A DNA stretch of 64,000 nt from Tetramitus jugosus. Taxonomy: Eukaryota; Protista; Heterolobosea. Within the stretch, counting starts at the first letter, position 1. Each line of letters begins with the position of its first letter. Location: positions 124,001 to 188,000 of the forward strand of contig OW569353.1 in NCBI GenBank assembly GCA_937625935.1, read 5' to 3'. Both the position numbers and the translations under genes were made by a program. Shown here piece by piece: positions 44,400 through 55,449 of the stretch. Under the pieces are notes generated by a model. That model saw only the letters and a program-made list of their open reading frames with translations, searched no databases and was not told where the DNA came from.

Positions 44400-46970
44400 A
44401 TGGGAAGAGGTGGTTCCACCATTGTATGAACGTAGACTCTAAAAAGAAAATAAATCTGCTGGCGATCCAAATAAAAAACGCAACGGACACAAAAAACGCC
44501 GATGAAAAAACAAACACGGATCACAGCTCCAAGAGGGACTGCCCCAAGCAGCAAGGAAGTCATCATCACTGGAAAGTGTGATGACTCTCCCAAGGCTGCC
44601 TTGGGCAAGAAGATTGGCTCGGATTTTGGTGAATTGCTCACCAGGGTTTTAGTCATCAAGAAGGGCCCCAAGAGGTTTGTTGCGTGGGTAACTGTTGTTG
44701 ATGACAACATTACCCATTTGTTGAAATATCCAACCGCAACAAGAAGATTAGTGGCTGCAAGGTAACACTCAAGCACAACGTAGATTGTGCCAAGAAGGTC
44801 ATCCTCCATGATTTCAAAGGTAAGACGGGGACGACGTCAAGGCCATGCTCGGCACAACAAAAGTCAAGAACGTGCTCAAGAAACAAAACACCCCTGTATT
44901 GTGAGGGAGACTGAAACTTATGATGAAACGTTGCTTCGTGGCGTTAAGTCCATGCCAGTGGAAATGGAAACAAAGTACTTCCTTCAACACCCAGGTGATC
45001 CTGTCAAGACAGTCAATCAAATTCCCCTCTCACCCATCCCCAAGGACAACAGAACGAGTCTCCGAATTCAAACTTTTGAATCCGTATTCGGCCGATGACT
45101 GGTAGTCGATAATGCGAGGTGCTCACAAAACAAGTCAATAAATGAACAATCGTTTGCTTGCTGAGCAAGCACATGGTTATGTGGAAAATTTTTTTTATGC
45201 TGGCGATCCAAACTACAACAAAAACGCGAACACATGTCACAAGGACCATCAGTACAGGCGGTAATGATCAGCAGAAGTAAATATGTTGTATGGACAAAGA
45301 TGAGCAAAGAAGCATCATCTAAGAGAGATGAAGTGATCGTGCAGCAATGTAACCAGAAGCAATAGCAAACAAACTCGTTGCTAGCTGCTCGGAGTGGGTA
45401 AAGAGGGCACAAGTAGTTAGGCGTGGATAATTGTCGGAGATGACAAAGTTTGGGAATTCATTCAGTAGTTCAACTGCAAAACGGAAGAATGAGAGCGACA
45501 CATGACGTAGTGATTATCTTCAGCTGGGAAGATATTGAAACTTGGGCTGGTCGAGCTAACGTGCAAAGCGTGGAATTAAGACATACATGGCTGATCTCCC
45601 TCTTAATTCTGGTAGATGGCTGAGCTCCCTCTTACCTCCATATTGTAGTTATGTGAATTCACTTCTCGAAAAGACACCCATGGGCAATACCAAGACAAGG
45701 AAATTTGTTCACAAAACACTCGAACCAATGGATTTATTGAAGAGAAGTGTAGCTCAGCTTCAGAAAGACATGAACAGATGCTAGATGATTATAGGAGGAG
45801 TGTGGAAGAAATTCGATTTCTTTAGTTGGAAATGATGAAGATGAGACTTAGGGCGAGTAAGCTGGATGGAGCGAACAAAAGCTTCAGACAAGAGAAAGTA
45901 ACTACACTTAGGGAAATACTGGAGGAACCACAAAATACAGTGCAAACAATGGAGGATGATCCGGTGAGCACACCAGTGGCCCAGATAAAAAACAGGGGAA
46001 AAGTATTGATTGAAGGTCAGAGGAGAATGGATGATTTTGTAAGCAACAGAGGAAAGAAGCGAGATGCTAGGGAATTCGACGATGAAGAGGTACAAAGGAA
46101 GATAATTATGACTAATTCCCCTAATGGAACCATTCGAATGAACAGTACTCAAGAGAGTGTGGTTCCACCACAAGAGCACTAACAAAGTGAGCAATGAGTA
46201 CGATACTCAATTTCGTTTGGTACAACATCAGAGGGTTAGGAAGGAAACGAAACGATGTTGTTGCCATGATGGAGGCGATCCTCAGCTGAAGGATAGAATG
46301 GTTTTGGTGGAGCGATTGTCCTCCCATGACATCGGTTCACCGAAACTCATGAGTGTTTGCAATGCATACAAGGAAGACTGTACTCTGAGAGGTGTTTTGG
46401 CGTCACTACAGAACTGCAGAATTCGTGGACCCCCGATTCTTCTTCAATGCCGCCACTGGTAAGAAGGCACTGAGTCTAAGATTCAAGAGTTACAAGAGTG
46501 GAGAAAAGGTGATCATGGCTCCGGAAAAAGTAGCTGAGCATTCTGATGACTTTCTTCAATAGAATATTTGAGACCGGAAGATGTGTTATAGTTCCGGCGT
46601 TCAAGAAGGGTTACCCTATGTTGATAGGGAGCTTTCACCCAATATGCCTGCTCAGTGGTCTTTCAAAAGCTTTCGCTCGGTTGCTTAACCAAAAAGTGTC
46701 AGTAGCTGCTGAGAAAATGGGTATATTCAACAACACACAAGGGGGAGGGCGTAGAATGCGCGACATCTGAGAAAAGCTGTCCATCATTAAAGGAGTGATC
46801 GATCACGTGAATAAAAATGATAAGCAGTTGTATTTCCTGCTTACCGACATCTCGAAGACTTTCGACAGTGTACCACACAATGCCGTCACTGCTGCCTACC
46901 GGTATTTCAACTTCCTAGAAGGTATCATCGTCAGGAACATGTTGGAATCGACTGTTGTCACCCATACCGG
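44400..46970 (+). mobile_element. decayed non-LTR (LINE-like) retrotransposon: fragmented upstream ORFs plus a truncated reverse transcriptase
   Basis: 46546-46960 reads 'FFNRIF...PAFKKG...FHPICLLSGLSKAFARLL...Q GG...*...LLTDISKTFDSVPH' (N-terminal RT motifs with an in-frame stop); no YADD motif; left boundary approximate. Confidence 0.7.
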
Positions 46971-46989
46971 TCGATTTATATCGACAGAG

Positions 46990-47852
46990 GCGAGACCTGC
47001 ATCACTGATCTCTTGCCCCTTTCCACCATGTTGCTGTTGCATGAATAGCGCTGCTTTCGCAGGCATCGCACATGCAGAATTGATGCAACAAGCGCTCCTG
47101 AAAAGGAATTTCGTTACCAAACCAGTAAAGTATGGCACAAATGAGGCTGCTCTTCAACTTGGTTGTACCGTCATAGTTACCTTCCTATCCACCCCTTGTT
47201 CTTGTCATCAGTCGCGCAATGGATTTGTACACAATTCCATCATAGACATCTAAAACAATTGGTTCTTCGATAGCTTTCTCGGTGTTGAGCCAAAGCTTAG
47301 AACCTCTTGTCGCTGGCTAGCCTCTTTTAAATTGTTCCACCGGATTTCCCCATAGAAAGTCCATTTCATAAGACTCGTCTGCATGATTCAACTGACCGCA
47401 ACACACTGGTTAGTTGCAAAAATGAACTTTATTCATGCTTGCATGGATCAAACACTTTAAAAATCGATGTTTGTCTTGACCAGAGCATTATCCTTTGGCT
47501 GAAAGGCTTGAATGAAAGCAAGGAGTTTTCCAAATGCTGCCTTGCTCAAGTGCAGTTGGACAGTCAAGAAGAGGATCAATGTATATGCACAGTAGAGAGT
47601 GAGAGAGGTATCGACATACTTTATCATTCCACTATCTATCCAAACTGTGGATCAACTGCAGCTCTGGAGCATCATCTACCTCTTGCTGCACACCTTCATT
47701 TTCCGAGGAGAACAGAATTTCAGGTTGTTATTGAGGTTGAAATTTTGGATACACTTTCGCTGGTTTGTGGTCGTGACAGGACTCACTTCCTTTTTGTCTA
47801 GCATCTAACTTCCAGTGATCGAAGATGCTTCGATCTAGCTTTCCTCCTTCAT
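46990..47852 (-). pseudogene. probable decayed gene, possibly F-box-like
   Basis: ATG in an A/C-rich context at about 47852 followed by broken frames; fragment 'ELQLIHSLDR*WNDKVCRY'. Confidence 0.25.
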
Positions 47853-48169
47853 TCTCTGGTTCTGTTGTTTGTTTGTTTCCAACAAATTTGAGTTTTTTGT
47901 GTGAGTCCGGTAGTTAACCCAAAAGCTCCGCATGTCGGCTCACGTAATCAATCTCGCAAGAAAAACACCATGAACGTAAATAAGAAAGCAAGTATACCCT
48001 AGCAAAGCAGAGCTACCCAAAGTTTAAAATATGAACTCTTCTTTATTATCCTCAAGAACAAGAAGGAGGTTTCTCTCTCTCCAAGAACCAATTGTATGGA
48101 AATCATGAAAGATACAGTGCAAGACAAGTGCGCTGAGGAAAAAAAGTTTACTGGTTGACCAAGGGTCAA

Positions 48170-50000
48170 AAATGTTCAAGAATACAATTTTGAGTGTCGC
48201 CCCTTAGGAAGGTCTCCAACAACAGAACCTGAAATTATCGTAGTTCGAGACTCCAATGTCACCTTTGCTCCAAGTAAAACGGTTTCTAATTCCAAGGTTG
48301 TTCTCTTGTTGGAATACAACAACAAGTTGGTGAAATTTGGTCTGGGGCAGTTGAGTGATTCCACGAATGATTATGATTCCAGTTTTAGAAAGGTCTCGGT
48401 GGTGGGTCCCGAAGAACAATTTGTGTCTGGGCATAAAAGTCTCGGTGAACAAGATTGTAAGAACCAACAAAAGTTCTACCGGCTCTTGACTTACCTGTGC
48501 CAAGATCGATCTGTTCATCTTCTTCAATGACAGAAGATACACTCTTACCACCAGTTGAATTTGAATCAACGAGTTGTTCTGTCGGAGTTCCTTGCAAAAG
48601 ATAAAGGCATTTCAAAAGTCTGGATGTGATATAGCTTCAAGACATCACCTCCCTTTGATGATCGATCACTAACCTGCAACAAGACTCCAAAACTAAAGTT
48701 TGGTATGTGATACAGAGCTTTGTCGAACTTTACTTTCATGTCCAAACAATTGATTGGTTCCCCGTATGAAAAGAACTCAACACCAATGGGAGATTCTGTA
48801 TAGACAGAAATAGATAAATTAGGTGCGAGGAAAACAAAAAACCAACTCACTTTGATTTCCAAGATGTTGAGAATGTGGTGAAAAGAACACTCAAGATGAT
48901 TGAGTAGCGCACGTATGTTGGAGGGATATTTTCTGTACAGTCTTGTTTTGATTTCTTTGTTTTACAACATTTATTGAGAATGATGGCAAACCAACAGACA
49001 ATAGTCCAATATAAATACACTTTTTTAAGATATTGCGTCAAGTGCATGATCTCTGTGTATTCGACAATGGTACTAATCAACCTCACTGATAACAATATCT
49101 ATCCTGACACCAGCATTGTGTAATGAGTACTTCTCTGTTTTTTATCGTTCTTCTTCAGCTAGATCTACAGCAACAATTCATATCCCAAATTCAGAAAGTC
49201 CTTCCAAACATTCTCTGTTTAACTCTTCTTAGATATCCAAATACAGATTTGTAATTAAACAGTTATTGTCCTTCCAGTTGTTTTCAAGAGATAAATCTAG
49301 TAATGACGAAAGTTAAGTTGTCTCAGATGATTCTCAGTAGATACTCTGTAAAGTCATCTATAAATGATACGTGCCTATCTTGTATAGGGTTGTAGAATAA
49401 ATATCCAATTACTTCTTATCAGTTTGAAAGGAAGTTCAGACTTCATCTAATATTCTTGTATCTCGTGGAAGAAATTGGGAAGAAGAGAGTAGAATGGTGA
49501 GTAGATCTGAATGCAGGAGGAATCTTCAGATAACCCTGCAACGATCAACAACCACATGTTCACCTCATGTTTTCACACAACCACAATGTTCAACACAGAT
49601 ACGGCAAGACATGCCGGTTCACTTCAACCTGGGAACCGGTAAGTGGTGTTTCTCATCAACTATATGCTCGTTCCAATGAGAAGTATCATCCTAACCCAGT
49701 AAAATGTGATCTAGTAGGGAAATATTGCCAGTAGATGCGATCCATAAACTCAACTACAGAAATCGGCAATGCCTTTTGGACTAGAGGACGGTCCAAAATA
49801 GAATAGTTCTCTCCAAATGTTAAAGTATGAAGAATATCGACACGAGTTCGAAGAGCATACGTGGAAACATATCTGGAAACTGTCTTTGCCTCATGGACAA
49901 ATATTGTGGGAGATATTAATATGATTTGATGACACACCGTGAGAGAATTCACCATTTACTAAAAAAAGCATGAAAGTGCGTTTGGAGATGTTTGGGTATG
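48170..50000 (-). pseudogene. probable decayed paralog of the adjacent NTPase+REase gene
   Basis: Coding-like fragments in several frames; 'TGLG*Y' resembles 'PGLGQTY', and 'DRSSKGGDVL' resembles 'APKSIGGDLY'. Confidence 0.35.
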
Positions 50001-50078
50001 AAGTATTACAAGGATTGAAGCTCAGATCACCTGGACCTAAAAACTAGATAAATACTTCCTTTTCCCATTTGTTTTGTA

Positions 50079-52300
50079 CTATTCGTTCTTGCGAGACAAC
50101 TTGGTTGTTTCTGCTGGCACCTCACCAGCACCTTCTCTTTCTCGTTTCTTTCGTTCTACGTGATCTCCATTGTGCCTCTGATAACTGTAGTTCCTGAGAA
50201 TTATTTCAGGGATGGATTTCAAACTTTCTCCAAATCGTTCTTCATCGTTCAAAGTCATTAAGGCTTGGTAATTAATATCTCCAACTAAAGCTTTCACACC
50301 ATCACCTGATAAGAACAGTACTTCCATGTTGCTCGGTACAATGAGCTGGGGTTCTAGGGCAGTGCAGATCGTCAATTCCTTGTCGTACTCTCCTTCGGTC
50401 AAATGAAGGGCAGAACAACTCCTAATAGCACATTGCTTTGTAATGGCGTTGAGCAGCTGGTTTCCGAAGCCAAAACATACGAACGATAAACTTATCTTCA
50501 ACTTTTCCGAAGACTTCCCTTTGGGGAGCAACATTGAAACATCATTAATTTGCTCTTGAACAACACTCCATGTCACATCATTCCTCTTGTGATACTTGAA
50601 TTGGAACACCAGCAAGAAATTACTTCGAATATTCAAGTACAGATCACCTCCAATACTCTTGGGAGCCGGCTTGAGAAACATACACTCAGTTACGTTGAAT
50701 GACTTCTTATCGATTATTGATTTGAAGGACGTCCAACAAGGCTTTAGAGTACGAGACCATGGATCTTTTCTCAACGGACCTAATATATCCTTGGTAATGC
50801 TCTTGAGTGAAGAACTCTTACTGAAGCCTGGGATATGTTGGATGATATACCCTTCATTATCTGTTGGTACCAAACGAGCAGCTTCATTTGCAAAAAAACA
50901 ATCCTTGAAGATTCCATCACACAGTCCTTTGAATTCAGTTGTCACAGAAGAAATCTGCATGTGAGTAGCTACGCAATGAAACACCAGTTCCTGGAGTAAT
51001 TCTCCCTTGTCTGTGATGTCTTTCCTCAGGTGGTTGCTCAGCACAATGAGCGGTGCGTCTATTCTGTCCTTGAGATACATTGAGAAATATCTGGGTAGAG
51101 ATAACTTCATCAATGGAGAATCTTTCTTGTAGTTTTCATGGACAAAATTAAGAGATGATATTAGTTCCATTATGGGATATGCGAAGTTTGACTCTGGAAT
51201 GACGATCTTGAGTTCCGGATCCAAGGGTAAACCTAAAATTGCGATCAGAAGCAATTTAGACACCAATGAATTCATCCACTCACTTGCTGCTGTTGGTACC
51301 ATTAGGTCAAGACCAATTTGTCGATTGTAACCTTCTTGTTCAAAAAATTTGATCAAGGATGTCTTCCCATCGAATTTACCTTCGTTCTCGGGCTTGAGCA
51401 GACCTAGTAAAGCAAGGGACACGTTACTAACAATTCTTGGAATACCAGAGGAGTAAGAATCGCAATGGGTAAAAAAATCGGTTACCACGGTGGTATCGTA
51501 CCCACATAGGTATTGCAAGATGTCGAACGATGTGATGAAAAAGCTGTCATGTGGGATTTTCACCTTAGTCAATTTGAAACTTGTCTTGACATGATCAGGA
51601 GTCAACCCGGGTAAAATAACAGGAAGATAGCCAGTTGGTGAATGTCCGTCACCCTTTCCAATCAATGGAAGTAAAGAACTCCTTCCTGCAATGATTGTAA
51701 ATATTCTATCATATTCCATAGATATCGAAATATATCTCCAGAGGGACAACAATCTCTGATAGTCGTTTGTACCTCTCATATCTCCAAAAGTTACATGTCT
51801 ATTGTCAATTGAATTAATAAAATCAATCTCATCAAACAATAGTAGTAGGTTCAACTTTTTGGTTTTGCAGTGATCTTGAACGGCAGAGAACAATGATTTC
51901 AAAGTGCGAACATCATAGGCTTCAAAATGCTTCAAGATACTCTCTCGCAACAGTTCAATTCTTCGATCTGAAACACTCCCAAATGCTGATACAACACTGT
52001 TCCACAATACTTGCTCTAGTGAGCCATAGCTATTAAGCCCTATGTTACGTAAATCCACTGGAATAAACACGGATGCTTTCAATCGTTCTAGTGGTTCCCA
52101 ATCATAGATAGTGGTAGTGGTTTCAAAGAAGTTAATACTCCTCAAAACAGGGACTAAATTTTCAACAATAGACGTTTTCCCAACTCCATAGGTTTGTCCC
52201 AATCCGGGTAATACCTTGTTACTCAAAGATGCTTCTGTACAGTTAAAAAGGAGTGTATCCAAGTAAATTTGGAGCCAAAAATTTTGGTTTCTCTGCAACA
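50079..52300 (-). CDS. P-loop NTPase + PD-(D/E)xK restriction-endonuclease-like protein (Crinkler/RHS-type CR effector); 5' end unresolved
   Basis: Walker A 'GQTYGVGKT', Walker B 'LLLFDEID', 'SGIPR', REase 'GELLQE...KSIGGDLY...FQFK'; no ATG before Walker A. Confidence 0.65.
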
Positions 52301-52344
52301 ATTTCAATTTTCTTGAAGCAACACAAAAACAACAAACGGCAGCA

Positions 52345-53811
52345 ATGAACAAACGAGAACGTCAAGAAAAAAGCACAAACGAATCAACAAGCAAGCGTAA
52401 GAAGATCAACCAAAGCGATTCGCCAAACAAAAATGAAATGATTGATATTTGTTCACAAGTTTGCAGAGACGTGTGGTCAGCAATCATTGAGTTTTGTGCC
52501 ACTCCTGAATGGTTGCAATTGAGTTACACTTGCAAAGGAATCAATCAATTCAAATTCAATCGATTGCTCATGTCCAACAAGGTGAGAACACTAAAACAAG
52601 CTTTGAAAGAAGAAGAGATTGAACACTTCTTTCGATTGGCAAGAGGAACATTGTTCAATGTTCACTTAAACAAGAATAATTGTGTGGAGGATGATCATTT
52701 TCTACTGTTGGAAGGAATTCACACACTCAATATGAGTCATTGTTTTCAAATCTCAGAACGAGCTTTTTGTTACTTGACTGGTATTCACAAGCTTGATATG
52801 AGTCATTGTAAGTACATTACAGACGAAGCATTCCCTCATTTGGCTGGTATTCATACACTCAATATGAGTCATTGCAAGAGAATTACAAACGAATCATTTC
52901 CACATTTAGCAGGCATTCACACACTCAATATGAGCTATTGCAAGCAAATCACAGATAATGCATTTTCTCATTTGACTGGTATTCACACACTTAACATAAG
53001 CCGTTGCGAGAGAATTACAGACGAAGCAATTCCACATTTAGCTGGTATTCACACACTCAATATCAGTGGTTGCAATCAAATCACTGACAATTCATTTTAT
53101 CATTTGAGTGGAATATATGCGCTCACGATAAGTCCGTGTAACCAAGTTACAAACAAAGCATTCCCATATTTGACTGGAATTCACACACTCGCTATGAGTT
53201 GTTGCAATCAAATCACAGACGACATATTTCCTTATTTGGCTGGTATTCACACACTCAATATCAGTGGTTGTGAGCAAATCACAGACGATGCATTTCATCA
53301 TTTGACTGGCATTCACACACTCAATATAAGTAATTGTAGCCAAATTACAGACAAAGCATTCCCTCATTTGGTTGGTATTCACACACTCCGTATGAATTGT
53401 TGCAGGCAAGTCACAGATAGTGCATTTTCGTATCTGACTGGTATCCACACCCTCTCCATGAATAGCTGCAATCAAATCACAGACAAAGCATTCCCATATT
53501 TGACTGGTATTCACACACTCAATATGAATTGTTGCAACCAAATCACTGATAGTGCATTTGCTCATTTGGTTGGCATTCACACACTCAACATGAGTCATTG
53601 CAAGCAAATCACAGACAATGCGTTTTATCATTTGGCTGGCATTCACACACTCAATATGAGTTTTTGCAAGAAACTAACAGATCAAGCCTTCTCTCATTTG
53701 GTTGGCATTCATACACTCGATATGAATGGGTGCTATCAAGATTCAATCACAGAGAAGTCGCTAGTTTATTTGAAGGGCATCCACATACTCGCTCATGGCT
53801 ATGCCTACTAG
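52345..53811 (+). CDS. F-box + Cys-containing leucine-rich-repeat protein
   Basis: N-terminal basic NLS, F-box 'VCRDVWSAIIEFC...LSYTCK', about 16 x 22-aa LRR 'GIHTLNMSxCxQITDxAFxHLx'. Confidence 0.9.
   Translation: MNKRERQEKSTNESTSKRKKINQSDSPNKNEMIDICSQVCRDVWSAIIEFCATPEWLQLSYTCKGINQFKFNRLLMSNKVRTLKQALKEEEIEHFFRLARGTLFNVHLNKNNCVEDDHFLLLEGIHTLNMSHCFQISERAFCYLTGIHKLDMSHCKYITDEAFPHLAGIHTLNMSHCKRITNESFPHLAGIHTLNMSYCKQITDNAFSHLTGIHTLNISRCERITDEAIPHLAGIHTLNISGCNQITDNSFYHLSGIYALTISPCNQVTNKAFPYLTGIHTLAMSCCNQITDDIFPYLAGIHTLNISGCEQITDDAFHHLTGIHTLNISNCSQITDKAFPHLVGIHTLRMNCCRQVTDSAFSYLTGIHTLSMNSCNQITDKAFPYLTGIHTLNMNCCNQITDSAFAHLVGIHTLNMSHCKQITDNAFYHLAGIHTLNMSFCKKLTDQAFSHLVGIHTLDMNGCYQDSITEKSLVYLKGIHILAHGYAY
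52714..53790 (+). repeat. 66-bp coding tandem repeat, about 16 copies
   Basis: 'ggtattcacacactcaatatgag...caaatcacagac...gcatt...atttg' recurs every 66 nt. Confidence 0.92.
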
Positions 53812-54355
53812 TATACGAACATAACTCGAATCATGATCCATTCAGGATAGAATTGTGAATGATTTACCCCACATCAACCTCAAGATGGTCCCGCACAACG
53901 CACTCTAGCTCTGATGCAACTGCGAGTACACAAGTGAGATTGATCGATCCTGCGAACAAAGCTTGAAATTGCGGGTTTATCAGTGTACTGTTCATTGGTA
54001 TCATATCATGACTGGTCTCTGAGGTCATCTGAACAAGCTCTCGGGGTGGCTTACATCGGAAAAGCTCACTGACTGATTTAAAGATTCTTAGTCGTTTACT
54101 TCTCTTGTAGATCTGCAGTGCGTTGAGATCACCGATGTTTCACTCATGTTCCCAGGTTCTGTCTCCCACATACTGTATCTCACTCCGCATTGGTAACATT
54201 AGTTTGTCCAATTTTCCTTTCATCTTCGAGCATCTTTCTGGCATTATAATGGCGATGAGAATGGCGATGAGTTAGTGTTGAGAAAGGAGACTACTCGAGA
54301 ACCCTCAGTAATGCAGTCTTTTTTTTTGTGACAAAAAATTGCCCAAAACCATAGC

Positions 54356-55129
54356 ATGAAGAGGAAACAGCACAACGAGTCACCAGGAGAGACCTTCCAC
54401 AAAAAGATCAAGTCCAATGAAACATTGAGTACAAACTACTGTTGTTTGAGTGATGATGTTTTATCTAACATGTTCAGCTTTTGTGATGCGACAGATCTGT
54501 GTCACCATATTGCCCTTGTCTGCCACAAATGGAACCATAGTCAATACCAAGCTTGGAAAGAATTGTACAAGAGCAAGTACGGACCAAATCTACCTGTTGG
54601 TTTCTCAAGTACAGATCAGATTGATCCAGAGTTGCAGGTCAGTCAGGAACAAGCCTACAAGTTCTTTTATCGAGTGAAATCTCAATACAGGAAGAATTTG
54701 TACGTATCTGAGTCAACGAGATATGGTATGTCTGATTTCCCGGACAAGGAAAGCGAGAGTTCATGGTTTGTCAAGCAAGTACTCTCCTCAGGTTTGCGTT
54801 ACTCAATTGATGGAGAACCATTTTGGCCCGATCTGGCATGCATGCTCGGTGAGGAGGAAGATTCAGTTGATGATCATGAATTCACCCAAATGACAGTTGT
54901 GGACCGATTAACTCACCTCAAGTACTATGTGTATACGTATGAACTGGGAAATAGTGTTTATGGAGCTGCCTTCTTGGGAAAGGCCACGGATGATACGGTG
55001 AGTGTTATGAGCGATGCAGGTTTTTATGAATGTGACCAGCCGAATAAGCATCAAGACGACCTCCAGTTGAGAAATGCACTGAATCGTATTTTATCACCTC
55101 TGGCTTATGCAGATGAAGAGGCACTCTAA
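54356..55129 (+). CDS. F-box protein
   Basis: 'LSDDVLSNMFSFCDATDLCHHIALVCHKWN...WKELY'. Confidence 0.8.
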   Translation: MKRKQHNESPGETFHKKIKSNETLSTNYCCLSDDVLSNMFSFCDATDLCHHIALVCHKWNHSQYQAWKELYKSKYGPNLPVGFSSTDQIDPELQVSQEQAYKFFYRVKSQYRKNLYVSESTRYGMSDFPDKESESSWFVKQVLSSGLRYSIDGEPFWPDLACMLGEEEDSVDDHEFTQMTVVDRLTHLKYYVYTYELGNSVYGAAFLGKATDDTVSVMSDAGFYECDQPNKHQDDLQLRNALNRILSPLAYADEEAL

Positions 55130-55449
55130 TGGGCTGTGACATGACTAGAATCCTTGACCCAGCATTCGTGCAAGATCTGCGTTGCGAATAAACCTCATTT
55201 TCTGGATAACTCTCTGTAAACCGTCATCGAACAAAACACTCTGATCATTGACAAGGCATTATTGTTAGATATATGGTCCCATGTGGTACAGTTTTGTGAC
55301 TGTTCCCTCCCTTGAGTGGCATTCATACGTTGATATTGGTATTCAGTCTTTGTCCTTTCATTATTGCTCAAATTTCTGAAGACATCCACAAGAGATATGA
55401 GACAAAAGAAACCCAATCTTAGATGAACGATAATTGTTTACTCAAACTG

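Noticed and set aside
53092-53646. 184-aa antisense repetitive ORF
   Set aside because: Mirror of the LRR repeats
52714-53790. Regularly spaced repeats resembling a CRISPR array
   Set aside because: In-frame 66-bp coding LRR units with no unique spacers and no cas genes, in a eukaryotic context
44300-55200. Endogenous giant virus or Polinton insertion
   Set aside because: No capsid, packaging ATPase, PolB or integrase genes and no terminal repeats seen
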